A stretch of DNA of 49,241 nucleotides from positions 1 through 49,241 of the forward strand of contig JBNAVT010000011.1 in NCBI GenBank assembly GCA_049700215.1. Reading direction: 5' to 3'. Every line of letters begins with the position of its first letter. Within the stretch, counting starts at the first letter, position 1. This document shows positions 9,919 through 19,341 of the stretch, in pieces. The notes beneath the pieces are model-generated. The model ran no database searches. It worked only from the letters and a program-made list of their open reading frames with translations, and was not told the DNA's origin. The DNA comes from Thermoproteota archaeon (GTDB taxonomy: Archaea; Thermoproteota; EX4484-205; JAAOZP01). Position numbers and translations under genes: made by a program.

Positions 9919-10042
9919 ATTTTTAACCTTCTCTTCTTAAGCCCGTATTTTTCTTCTCGCGCGACTCCTACGATGCGTTAGAGTAGAGTAGAAATCGCAG
10001 ACACTCTTTAAAGCACCTGAAATACCACTCCATCTTGTTGTA

Positions 10043-10641
10043 CTACACACCCTCGATATGGAACCACACCTTAACGTCATGTTGCTTGTGGAGGTCGTAT
10101 GCCTTCTTGAAGAACTCTCCACATTCTTTCATAAGATCATTTATGAAGTTGATACGGCTATCGATACATTGCTCAGGTGTCATATGTTCTTCTCCATAAA
10201 AAAGCCCCGTTCTACCAATGTATTCCTCTGCTATCTTTCTATCTTCCTGATCGTCCTTTGAAAAAAATCTCTTCGTCAATAACTCTCCAACTCGTTCTTT
10301 ACTTCTTTAACATCCAAGACTTCAATAGGCCAGAAGAACTTTAAACCATGTCCCCGTGTCTTCGGATCGACCCTTACGTTATCCCCGTATTTCTTAATCA
10401 TAACCTTCACCTTACTCATTAAATAAGAAATAATTGGATCCTTTTTAGCTTCCTCAACTTCCTCTTCACCATAAGCGAAAGCACTGCGGATAATCGCAGG
10501 TATATACTTCAGCCCCTTTTTCTCCATGAGCCTTCTTTCACCAAATAACACGAAGTGCATCTTCTTTAGCTCTTCTCTTATCTTACTCGGGATTTGGGGC
10601 GCAGACTTAATAACCAACCAATACTCAGTCATCTCTTTCAT
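10043..10641 (-). pseudogene. Candidate immunity protein, apparently one ~200-aa gene split by a frameshift near 10280 (ORFs 10276..10641 and 10043..10279)
   Basis: Start overlaps the nuclease stop (ATGA at 10638-10641); adding 1 nt at GAGTTGGAGAGTTATTG would give ...NELEELLTKRFF; low GC. Confidence 0.5.
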
Positions 10642-13532
10642 CCTCCCGATACTTCGTATTTCTCGCCACCTATATAAATCTCCACTATGTTCGGGTACTG
10701 CTTCATAAGATTAACTAGGTGATTAAATAACTTTTTGGCTTCAGGAGTCTGAGGAACATGTAAGAAGCTGTAGATCAATTTCCAATCGTTCTCTTTAACA
10801 ATTTCAAAAAGATTGTCGGCCTGATCTATTCTACTCTTGAGTTCATCGCCATGCTTACACTCAACTATTGTCATTTTTCCATTTAGCTTCTTCGCAAAGT
10901 AATCGAGGATCACCCTTCCATCTCGCCATGTAAAGCGTTTTTCTTCCTCCAAAATTTCATACCCCAGCTTTTCGAGGAATTCCTTAGTAAACAGCTTAGC
11001 TGCAACGTGTTGAGGCTCAGCTAGCACTCCTTTTGGAAGGGGCTTAGTTAAGCCAATGATGGTCCTATGAATTCCCGTGCTGTCCTCGTACTCCACGACC
11101 ATCAAATCTTCCAAAGTGTACTCGTATGTCTCGCCGTCCACGGTCACCTTAATCTCGTATTTTTCATAGTACCTAATCGGGTTTACCTTAGGTCCTGCTT
11201 GTCTTGCCGCTACAGCTAGCCTTGGAGCCACCGATTTACCATCCCCACTTAATGCGGAACAGGATTTGATCACCACTCGGCATGGTTATCTCGAGGGTTG
11301 GACCATACCTACCGATGTCCCTGAACTGAGCCTTGCTCACTTGGAAGCGGGCATCTTCCTTCATTCCTTCAACACCAGAAAACTCCAAGTATCCTTCAGA
11401 AAGCTTTACTGTAACTTTTCCATTAGGGCTCACTGCGCTGAGCCCCTCAGCCTTTATGATGAATATGCCAAGTATGCCCTTAGCTCCTTCAATGTTGAAG
11501 TTTGCATCAATCCTCTGGCTCCATGCAGAATTTATCTCACCATTATCCTTAAGGTACACTACTCCCAAGACCACTTTCCCGTTGCTCAGCTCTCCGTTGA
11601 GCTTTGAGTATTCTGCGCCACCTACGATTACCTTAAGTATCTCATCTATAGATAGCCATTTCTGGTCTTGCTTTATCCCTATGATATATTCATCATTGCT
11701 CAAGAACACTATTGGCCCCGATGGAAGGTTCCTACTTAGGACTACGATTCCGCAGTACCAGTCATAACCCTGTTGCTTTAAGAACAGGATCTTCGCGCGC
11801 GCTAGAACTGTCCATTACTGCCTTCAGCCTCACCTCGTCTACCATGTTTGCTCCTCCACTGTGCATCAATAGCAGGTTTCCTTTCTCGGTTACTCTGAGT
11901 TCAAACTGATTTTCATCTGTATCTGTAGCCGTGAATTTGATGAAAATTGAGTCAGCTCGCCCATCTAGCTTCCCCATAAACTCACTAAGCGCGCGCCTGA
12001 GACATATTGAGGTACTGGACTATTCCTCATTAAGTAAAGCCTAACGTGAGTTGCTCCTTGACAACCAGGCACAAAGACCTTCTTCGTCTCCTCGTATCCT
12101 GGAACCTCCACCAAGTAGGTTCTCCACTCCTCTGGGGTTACGAAGTTAGTAGTTGAGATCGTTGTAAGCGCGGTGCTAGCATGCTTCTTTCCCTCAAGAT
12201 CGTAATAGACTGCTGTAACGTTGAGTCTTGCAATTGATGAGAGTAGCCTTGTTATTACGTTTCCCTCCCAAGTGCGCCAGACCCTGCCGACGTTAAGCTC
12301 CTTCTCCTCGACATCCCCGGTTACGAGGAGCTTGACATCCCTAGCCTCCTGCCCGCCAGTGTTCACTAGGGTTATCGTGAGGTTCGCGAACTTAGCTAAG
12401 GCCTCGGCCTTAAGCTCAACCTTGAGCCTCGGAGCCTCGGGTAGCACTGTTATGATGTAGGTTACTGTTTTCTCACCGTTCCAGAACACGACATCCAAGT
12501 TCTTTGGTTCAACGACGGCGAAGTATAGTGTGACGGTGTATACTCCGGGCTTCTTAGCTCTAAGGTAGAGGTAGGACGCTGGGCATCCTGAGCCGTATGG
12601 GAAGCCTACTGGAGGAGGCGCCCAGGCTTCGAAAGCATCCTTGTCGGAGAAACCCGCGCCAAGCAGGACTTGGAAGCTCTTAGCCTCCTGAGGATTCCTT
12701 ATCTGTGCACTAACCGTTATAACTTCTCCAACCTTGATCTTCGTTGGAGAGACGGAAGTGTCCACCACGAGGGGATCGTGAGCTGGAAGCAGTACCCTGA
12801 ACTCGCATACCTGAGACTCCACTGCTTCACGCGTCTCCTCGAAGTGCCCCGGCACTGCCACTAAGAAGCTTTCGAAGCCGAAGCCACCTTGGCTCGAGTT
12901 AGGAAAGAGCCCGATGTTTATTCCAACTCGTTGAATACTTCTCCAGTCTTAAGGTCGATGAAGGTAAGAGTGTAGGCATCTGGGTCGATGACCCTGACCA
13001 AATAAGTCCTCCTCTTAGGATACCTGTAGAGCACATGGAAAAGGTTTGTTCCGTTACTCTCATACTTTATTGAGCCTGCATCAACATCTTTCCCCCAGCT
13101 ATCAATCACCTTATAGGGTATCTCTACTATTACGCTTCCATTGTTGCTTTGGAAAGCTTTAATCTCACCATATTTTGGAATTATCGTGTAGTTTTTAAGC
13201 TCGTAGTATATCTGCGGTGGCAGTTTCAGAGTATCCTTGGCATCGATTATCGCCTGGCGAATTTCGTCCCCTGAGCAGCCTGATGAAACCAGTTGGGCTA
13301 TGAAGAGCCATAGCCTCTTAGCGAGCTCGATTGGGAATCCTTCCGGCATGATGAAGCTTGCCTCGGTTATTGAGCCGCTCGGTATCCTCCCCTTCTCAAG
13401 CTCCTCCTCTATAACCTTCAGAGCGGTTGACGCATCTATTTCCTCTGCATGTATTCTCAGGGTTAGCGCAGTGTTGAAGTATGAGGTTAGGATGATGGTC
13501 GTTAGGATTATGGCTAATGCTTTCCTGAGCGT
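10638..13532 (-). pseudogene. Fragmented large secreted protein with Ig/CARDB-like beta domains and a C-terminal PD-(D/E)xK nuclease (polymorphic-toxin-like)
   Basis: Five consecutive ORFs joined by frameshifts near 12935, 11990, 11795 and 11250; N-terminal signal-like LRKALAIILTTIILTSYFNTA; ANLTITLVNTGGQEARDV; C-terminal RVILDYFAKK...TIVECKHG. Confidence 0.7.
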
Positions 13533-14692
13533 CGCTGCTCACCTCTTTTGCCAATACCGGCCGACGTTAAACCGGCCAATGATCTTATCCTCAAAATTAT
13601 GATTAGCAGGAAAATTATTGAAACTGCCAGTAAGGCGGTTAGGAGCCTTAGGGTGTTAAGCTCTCTGCATATCCTTTCGTTTCTCTCAGCCTCATCCAAC
13701 AACTTTTTCTCATACGTATTAAGTAGGAACCTTAAGGCAATTATGTTTGATTCTTCATTCTCCAGTCTGTGTTTCAAAGTCTCCTGCTCCGGTTTGGAAC
13801 TGTTGAGCATAGCCCTCAGAAGCGCATTCTCATCCCTCAGCTGGAAACATGTTGAGAGAAGAGTTTCGCCCAGTTTTATGGTTAGGGATGCTGTTGAGTT
13901 TTGAGCTTTAGCGCTCAGCGTAAGTTTAGCCGGCTCCTTAAGGCCGGAGAGCCTCTGCCAATTGATAATAACTTCATACCTTTCGTCTCTACGCATTACC
14001 TTGCAATCTTCTGGTAGAGATCCGGTTTGAAGAATCGCCTTAAGCTCCATGATGTTGCCCGTGGTTACTTTGAAAAAGAGCCTTAGGGCTTCCTCCTCGA
14101 CGAAAATGGAGTCAGGAGTTATCTCAACGAATTCTATTGCTTCCTCTCCTTCAACCCGTATCATCACGTTTCCTCCTTCATACTTCCTCATACTTAGCCC
14201 GTAGCAATCGACTAGAAAGCTCCTGTTTGAGATCGTGTCATTATCAATAGCTATCCACAGCTGGGTTCCATTGGATTCTAACAAGGGATAGACGCAGACG
14301 TAGAAATCACTCTTTACGATCACGTTTGGCAACGGTACTCTAGCCCAATGGAGGGTAGCGTTCTTGAAATATTCAGAAATTGGTAAAGAGGCCCTGAGGA
14401 TTACGTTCAGGTCTTCATCCCTAAGCTCAACCATGAAGGGTTTTTCACCCCTGTCTATTATGAAGCCGTAGACCAGTATAGCGGTTATTCTCCACCTTGA
14501 AGCTGGAGGGCTAAACTTCACGGCCACGCCGTTGGGATAGTAGTCGCTCCAGAATCCTTCGGCTCCACAGTCATCGTAAGCCAGCTCGACACTCATCGCA
14601 GACGTATTGGTGAACGGAATGGCTGAAAGCATTATGATGATTATTAGCATCGTGCTCTTGAAGAAGCCTTGGATGGAGAGAAGACTGTTCAC
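13514..14692 (-). CDS. Secreted protein with N-terminal signal, beta-rich domain, coiled coil and C-terminal TM anchor
   Basis: Hydrophobic N-terminus; VELAYDD beta domain; heptad region QLRDENALLRAML...ELNTLR; TM LLTALLAVSIIFLLIIIL followed by a basic tail. Confidence 0.75.
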   Translation of the reverse strand: MNSLLSIQGFFKSTMLIIIIMLSAIPFTNTSAMSVELAYDDCGAEGFWSDYYPNGVAVKFSPPASRWRITAILVYGFIIDRGEKPFMVELRDEDLNVILRASLPISEYFKNATLHWARVPLPNVIVKSDFYVCVYPLLESNGTQLWIAIDNDTISNRSFLVDCYGLSMRKYEGGNVMIRVEGEEAIEFVEITPDSIFVEEEALRLFFKVTTGNIMELKAILQTGSLPEDCKVMRRDERYEVIINWQRLSGLKEPAKLTLSAKAQNSTASLTIKLGETLLSTCFQLRDENALLRAMLNSSKPEQETLKHRLENEESNIIALRFLLNTYEKKLLDEAERNERICRELNTLRLLTALLAVSIIFLLIIILRIRSLAGLTSAGIGKRGEQRRSGKH

Positions 14693-14706
14693 GGCACCAT
14701 CCCCCC

Positions 14707-15570
14707 TTATTCCTTCAGGATTTTCTTCTTAATCATCTCGGCGACCGGCGCTGGATTAACATCCTTGTAGGGTTCTATACCCGCCTCCGTGATCCTGACT
14801 AGACAGCAGGTCATTGATGGTTTTGAAAGAGACTTCTCCAGAATCACGGCCTTAACCTCCTCGCCCAGGCTTGTCGACACCATTCTGAGAATGCTCTTGC
14901 TCATGTAAACGAGGTGCTGTCCCCCGATCACGTCGAACTCCCTGGCGCCGAAGCCGGCTTCAGGGTCTATCGAGAAACTCTTCTTATCTATGCTTTCCGC
15001 CATCTCCCTCCTAGACTTCTCTTGAAAACTCCTGGCGGCTTCACTTCTCCTCCAGCTCGTTATTAAGAGAAGCGACTCGTAGCCCGTCGCCATTCCCACC
15101 AGCGTGTTCACCTCCAGCGAGAGCTTTCCTTGAAGAACCCTCGCTGTGGAGGCTAGGTGTTGAGTAGGCGTGTTCAATAGCTGCGCGTGATAATGGGGAA
15201 CCAGTGAGTCGACGATCATAAGCACGGGGACCCAGTCGTTCTTATCCACCTCCCTAGGTATTGTCTCAACTATCGCCTTGTGCTGCTCTAGGAGGCGGCT
15301 GGCCTGGTACATCTTAATCCTGGACAGGGCTTCCTCCCTAATGCCTCTCTTCAAGCATATTGTTTTCAGCCGGTCGGGGTCCCACTCCTCTGTTTTAACG
15401 ACTATCACCACATCCCTCTCCCTACAGGTCTTTAAAGCCTCAGCCACCAGGGTTAGAGAAACCGTGGTCTTACCGGTTCCAGGGCTCCCGTAAACCAGGT
15501 TTGAAACACCTGTCGGAAGGCCTCCGGTCAGCTCGTCCAGCGGCTTAATGCCTGTGCTTAGCTTCCTCAT
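14707..15570 (-). CDS. RadB/RadA-paralog RecA-family ATPase lacking the RadA N-terminal domain
   Basis: LSTGIKPLDELTGG; Walker A GSPGTGKT; Walker B LMIVDS; IGG; C-terminal RITEAGIE. Confidence 0.88.
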   Translation of the reverse strand: MRKLSTGIKPLDELTGGLPTGVSNLVYGSPGTGKTTVSLTLVAEALKTCRERDVVIVVKTEEWDPDRLKTICLKRGIREEALSRIKMYQASRLLEQHKAIVETIPREVDKNDWVPVLMIVDSLVPHYHAQLLNTPTQHLASTARVLQGKLSLEVNTLVGMATGYESLLLITSWRRSEAARSFQEKSRREMAESIDKKSFSIDPEAGFGAREFDVIGGQHLVYMSKSILRMVSTSLGEEVKAVILEKSLSKPSMTCCLVRITEAGIEPYKDVNPAPVAEMIKKKILKE

Positions 15571-16796
15571 CCTAAACCGCCCTCCGTGAGAGCCAAGAGT
15601 TGCCTCCCACCCTCCTGAACCTGTTTTAGATAACCCTGCCTCATGAGCGCGGCGAGAGCCCTGAGGCCCTCCGCGCCCAACGAGGCCCTCACCTCTTCTA
15701 TGAACTCGTTTAAGCCCGCTTTTCCACCCAGCCCCCTTAGCTTCTCGATTATCCTGGCTCCAGCCTCGTAGAACTCGCCAAGCCCCTCTCTAAGCTCGTC
15801 GTCAGGGCTTAAGACTTTCATGACTGGCTTACGGGCCTCCCTCTCCTTCTCGCTAAGCGGCTTAAGAAGCATGTTCACAGGAGCCTCTATGAAGCCGTAA
15901 TCCCCATTCTTGACGAGGATAAGCATGGAGTAGTTTGAAGCATCCTTCTCGGGCGCGGGGCTCATCCTCCACGGGCTAGTGGCGTTGGAGGGAGGTGAGA
16001 AGACTACGGAGTCAAGGTTCTCCAAAACTCTTTCAGAAACCTGTGACAGGTTTTTCTCGGCGAACACTATTGAATACCCTTTCCTCTCCAGCTCTCCAGT
16101 TAAGGATTCTTCGACGAAGAGCCTGGCGTTGTCAAGCCTCCTGTTTCTCGGCCATATCAGGCTCGGGTAGCTTACGGTCACGAGCGTCCTATGCTTGGGT
16201 TCAAGCTGGGTAAGCTTCGCCAGCGTCAAAAGCGTTGCGAAAACCTTGTGCGAAGCCACTGTAAACCCTGAGAGGTTGAAGACCACGCCCGACTCCAAAA
16301 AGCCACTGAACTCGATTGCTTCCCTTCTGCCGAAAGCCTGCCTCAGGGTTCCGAAGGTGAATGGTTCGAGAGGCGTGTAGACGGATAACCCGCCCTCCGG
16401 GGTTTCGAAGTCAAGCGTTGAAGCGACCCCAGGTATCGTGGTTTCCGAAGACCTTGACACGTTATCCAAGAGCGCTTTCGCCACGATGCTCTTCATGTTG
16501 AAAGCCCCGAAGCAATAGTCAATTATCTCCACAACTGATTCAATATACTGCTCAACCTTTTCACGATTCGGAGGCTTAACCGGATTAATGCCGTGTTTTA
16601 CGACGTCATAGTGTCTCGTCGCACCCATCCTTGCCACGCAGCTGAACTCATCGTTTAAGTCGAGGAGGATGACCTTCGCATCCTCAAACACGTTTTGAAG
16701 CAGGTATACGAGAGCAGCCTTGAAATTGCTCCCGGCTACGCCTATTCTGACAGAAGCCTCCAGCAACCCTAGGCTCTGCTCAGACACAACCCTCAT
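15567..16796 (-). CDS. Inactivated HerA/VirB4-like P-loop protein with probable C-terminal winged helix
   Basis: HerA landmarks in order but degenerate: IGVAGSNFK (Walker A), ILLDLNDEF, GINP, VVFNLS, LVTVSYP (Walker B position), ELERKGYSIVFAEKNLSQVSERVLEN. Confidence 0.65.
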   Translation of the reverse strand: MRVVSEQSLGLLEASVRIGVAGSNFKAALVYLLQNVFEDAKVILLDLNDEFSCVARMGATRHYDVVKHGINPVKPPNREKVEQYIESVVEIIDYCFGAFNMKSIVAKALLDNVSRSSETTIPGVASTLDFETPEGGLSVYTPLEPFTFGTLRQAFGRREAIEFSGFLESGVVFNLSGFTVASHKVFATLLTLAKLTQLEPKHRTLVTVSYPSLIWPRNRRLDNARLFVEESLTGELERKGYSIVFAEKNLSQVSERVLENLDSVVFSPPSNATSPWRMSPAPEKDASNYSMLILVKNGDYGFIEAPVNMLLKPLSEKEREARKPVMKVLSPDDELREGLGEFYEAGARIIEKLRGLGGKAGLNEFIEEVRASLGAEGLRALAALMRQGYLKQVQEGGRQLLALTEGGLG

Positions 16797-18148
16797 TTCA
16801 GCACCCTCACCCCCTGTTGGGAGATCAGGACAGTCCTCCCCTCGAGTGCAAACCCTCTGGACGGTAGGAACGACTCGACAAGCTCCTTCTTGCAGCCCAT
16901 GAGGATGACGTTGTCCGCTTCAAAGCTCGAGCATACCCATGGCTTTCTAAGCGTAAGTATCTTGATCGGGGCGTTCACATCGATGTTTCGAGCAAGGCCT
17001 CTAAGCCAGATAGCGGCCACGGGTTTAGACAGTTTTCTCTTAAGCAAGGCTCCACCGGAGGGCTCGTCTGCGAAGACCACCTCCATCCCGTCGCGACGCC
17101 TATACGTTTCAACGGTCTTCTTAAGCAGCCTGTTTCCGATATGCTTGAAACCCTTCTCAACAAGCCTTCTTCTCACCTCGTCCCCAGTGTCCCCGGTTCT
17201 CCCCTTAACCTCCACTACGAGGCTCACCGAGTTCCTCCTTAACTGCGAGAGGCACAACTGGAGGGCAAGGCCCTCCGCATCCCTTTCCTCACCCACTATC
17301 AGCAGCCTCCCCGCGAGCCTGACAGGGTTTAGATCAAGCAGCTCGGGAACCGGTGTTACGTAGGGCTTCAGGGAGCGCCACTCTTCCAAAGCCTGCCGTA
17401 CACCCTGCCCGGAGCCTGCGCCCACCCTCCTCAGCATCTCGGTGAACCCCTCGAGAGCCCGGGGATTATCGGAAGCAACCTCAACCTTCATTAACTCTCT
17501 TGCGGGCTTAGCCTCACACAGTATGGCGACACCACTTGCCACGCTTTTTACCACAGCCTCTACGAGGGAGGACAGGCTTCCCTTGAGCTTAAGCGTCTGA
17601 CGATGCTCAAAGGACTCTATAAAGACGTCTTCAGGAAGCTTTAGGCTGAGCCTCGCCCTCCCCGTTAAGACTTTTAGTAAACCAGCTGGGCCAAACCCGT
17701 GAAGGAAAGCAACTCTAGGAGCTGGCGCAAGCGACAGGAGGATCGTGTGGTCTTCAGGCTTGGCAGGCTCTTCCTCGCATACTATCCTCAGCCTAATCCC
17801 AGTATTAGGGGGTTTGCGGACGGTTAGGACAACGTAGAGGAACGCTGCTACGAATCCTATTTGAGTATAGTACCCGGTGTGGAAGAGGGCTGAGAAGAAT
17901 GCTGCCATAAACCAGATGAGCAGGAAGGAGAATACCCTTTTAAAGACCCTTCTCAAACCGTTTTTAAAGTACTTTCTCGGAAACAACAGGGACATGGCTA
18001 AGAACCCCATCGCCGCCACAGCGATCAGGCTCGTCAAGCCTCCTAGGTCTAAGCCGAGGGAGCGCCCGATGGAGTCTAAAAGCCTCTTAACCAAGCTTCC
18101 CGACACGATTACTGCAGCGAGCTTCAGGACGGTCTTGATGATGCTCAT
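16793..18148 (-). CDS. Membrane protein (about 4 N-terminal TM) with a cytoplasmic domain resembling a degenerate P-loop fold
   Basis: Hydrophobic helices in aa 1-110; RLLIVGEERDAEGLALQLCL resembles an eroded Walker A strand-helix; stop overlaps the next start. Confidence 0.6.
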   Translation of the reverse strand: MSIIKTVLKLAAVIVSGSLVKRLLDSIGRSLGLDLGGLTSLIAVAAMGFLAMSLLFPRKYFKNGLRRVFKRVFSFLLIWFMAAFFSALFHTGYYTQIGFVAAFLYVVLTVRKPPNTGIRLRIVCEEEPAKPEDHTILLSLAPAPRVAFLHGFGPAGLLKVLTGRARLSLKLPEDVFIESFEHRQTLKLKGSLSSLVEAVVKSVASGVAILCEAKPARELMKVEVASDNPRALEGFTEMLRRVGAGSGQGVRQALEEWRSLKPYVTPVPELLDLNPVRLAGRLLIVGEERDAEGLALQLCLSQLRRNSVSLVVEVKGRTGDTGDEVRRRLVEKGFKHIGNRLLKKTVETYRRRDGMEVVFADEPSGGALLKRKLSKPVAAIWLRGLARNIDVNAPIKILTLRKPWVCSSFEADNVILMGCKKELVESFLPSRGFALEGRTVLISQQGVRVLK

Positions 18149-18194
18149 TCTCCACCACGTATAGAAGCATTGTTAAACATGTATTTATAGCATG

Positions 18195-18419
18195 AGGTAA
18201 GCGAAAATTTCCGCTTACCTTTGGTAAAAAATTTACCGACGGAAGGTTTATATCCGCCGTTCTCAGCCAGCCCAGGGAGCGGTGTTTGAGCTCGAATCCT
18301 CCGGGGAATCGGGAGGATAAAGGCCACTATGGGCACCGGGGGAGTGGTGATAACTCTATCAGGGTTTTCGCTTACGAGCAGGTAAACATCCGTTTACCCC
18401 AGGTAAACGTCCGCCTACC
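18195..18419. promoter_or_regulatory. Cluster of GGTAA...TTACC inverted repeats in the divergent promoter region
   Basis: AGGTAAGCG-N8-CGCTTACCT (18195-18220); GGTAAA-AAA-TTTACC (18223-18237); GGTAAAC-ATCC-GTTTACC (18381-18398); GGTAAAC-GTCC-GCCTACC (18402-18419); TTTATAT TATA at about 18247. Confidence 0.6.
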
Positions 18420-18494
18420 GTCTTCAGCGACTCTATAGGAACACTATCCGGGTTTCAAGCCTTCAGACGCCTTTCTCCTTAATCCTTAAAAGGG

Positions 18495-19055
18495 TTGACC
18501 GCTTTTCTAGAGACGTTGCCAAACGAGGGCAATAAGATAGAGCTGGAGCCGGAGAAGCTCAACATGATAAAGGCTGCAGCTGAGCCTCACAGGATGAGAA
18601 TACTGGTAAAACTTCTAGAGAAAGAGGACACCATCACATCACTATCCAAATCACTCAGCTATTCGAAACAGCTCTTAATCCACCACCTGGAGGTTCTTGA
18701 GAAAAACGGGCTCGTCTCTAAGAGAAGGGTTGGGAACGCTGAAGTCTACAGTATTAGTGAAGCCGCTAGGATTATAGTTTCAGAGGTCTTGCAAACGCAT
18801 TCAAGAATCGGGGAGGCTGAGGCCCCTGGGGTAACTGTGGGAGCTGAGACGCGCATGGTTAAAGCGCCGGGTCTAGGAAAGACAGCAACCATTTTGAAAC
18901 TCATACCCCTGATCACCGGAGTATCCGTAGCGCTCTTTGCATCCGTCAGAGGGATCCTGGAGGGACAGCCGCTTTGGATCCTCAGCGGAGCCCTGGTCGG
19001 CATCTGCCTCTACGCGATTGTTTCAAAGCTCATCCGGCATGCAGCATCCTCATAA
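18495..19055 (+). CDS. ArsR-family winged-helix regulator with two C-terminal TM helices
   Basis: [14 protein letters not shown]...ITSLSKSL...[15 protein letters not shown]...YSI; hydrophobic [16 protein letters not shown] and [16 protein letters not shown]. Confidence 0.85.
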   Translation: MTAFLETLPNEGNKIELEPEKLNMIKAAAEPHRMRILVKLLEKEDTITSLSKSLSYSKQLLIHHLEVLEKNGLVSKRRVGNAEVYSISEAARIIVSEVLQTHSRIGEAEAPGVTVGAETRMVKAPGLGKTATILKLIPLITGVSVALFASVRGILEGQPLWILSGALVGICLYAIVSKLIRHAASS

Positions 19056-19341
19056 CCACAGGTAATCAGGGGAGGAGCGGTTTAACACGTCTCTACGGGG
19101 GAGCGTGAAGCCGGTTTTGAAAAACCTGGGGAAACGCTCAGAGGGATAGGATAGCGCGCTAGTTGCCACTGGGCTAGCTCAATTTCCCCCTTCCCTTTCA
19201 AGCCGCCTCAAGCCGCGCGACATGTACCGGAATACCGGTGTTTAAACGCTTGGAACAAGAGGGTTTCTAAGCGTTTGAAGAAACTTTACGAGGATAATCA
19301 TGCTGGTCAACTTTTTAAACATGCTTACACTCTGGTAAACC

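Noticed and set aside
9937-14692. Integrated virus or plasmid explanation for the low-GC block
   Set aside because: No integrase, transposase, att-like repeats or virion genes seen
18286-18438. 50-codon ORF downstream of the TATA at 18247 containing QVNIRLP-QVNVRLP
   Set aside because: The peptide repeat is explained by the DNA palindromic tandem; no other coding evidence
19060-19340. Possible ncRNA or tRNA between ArsR and herA
   Set aside because: Only a short GCTAG...CTAGC stem; no cloverleaf or box C/D pattern recognised
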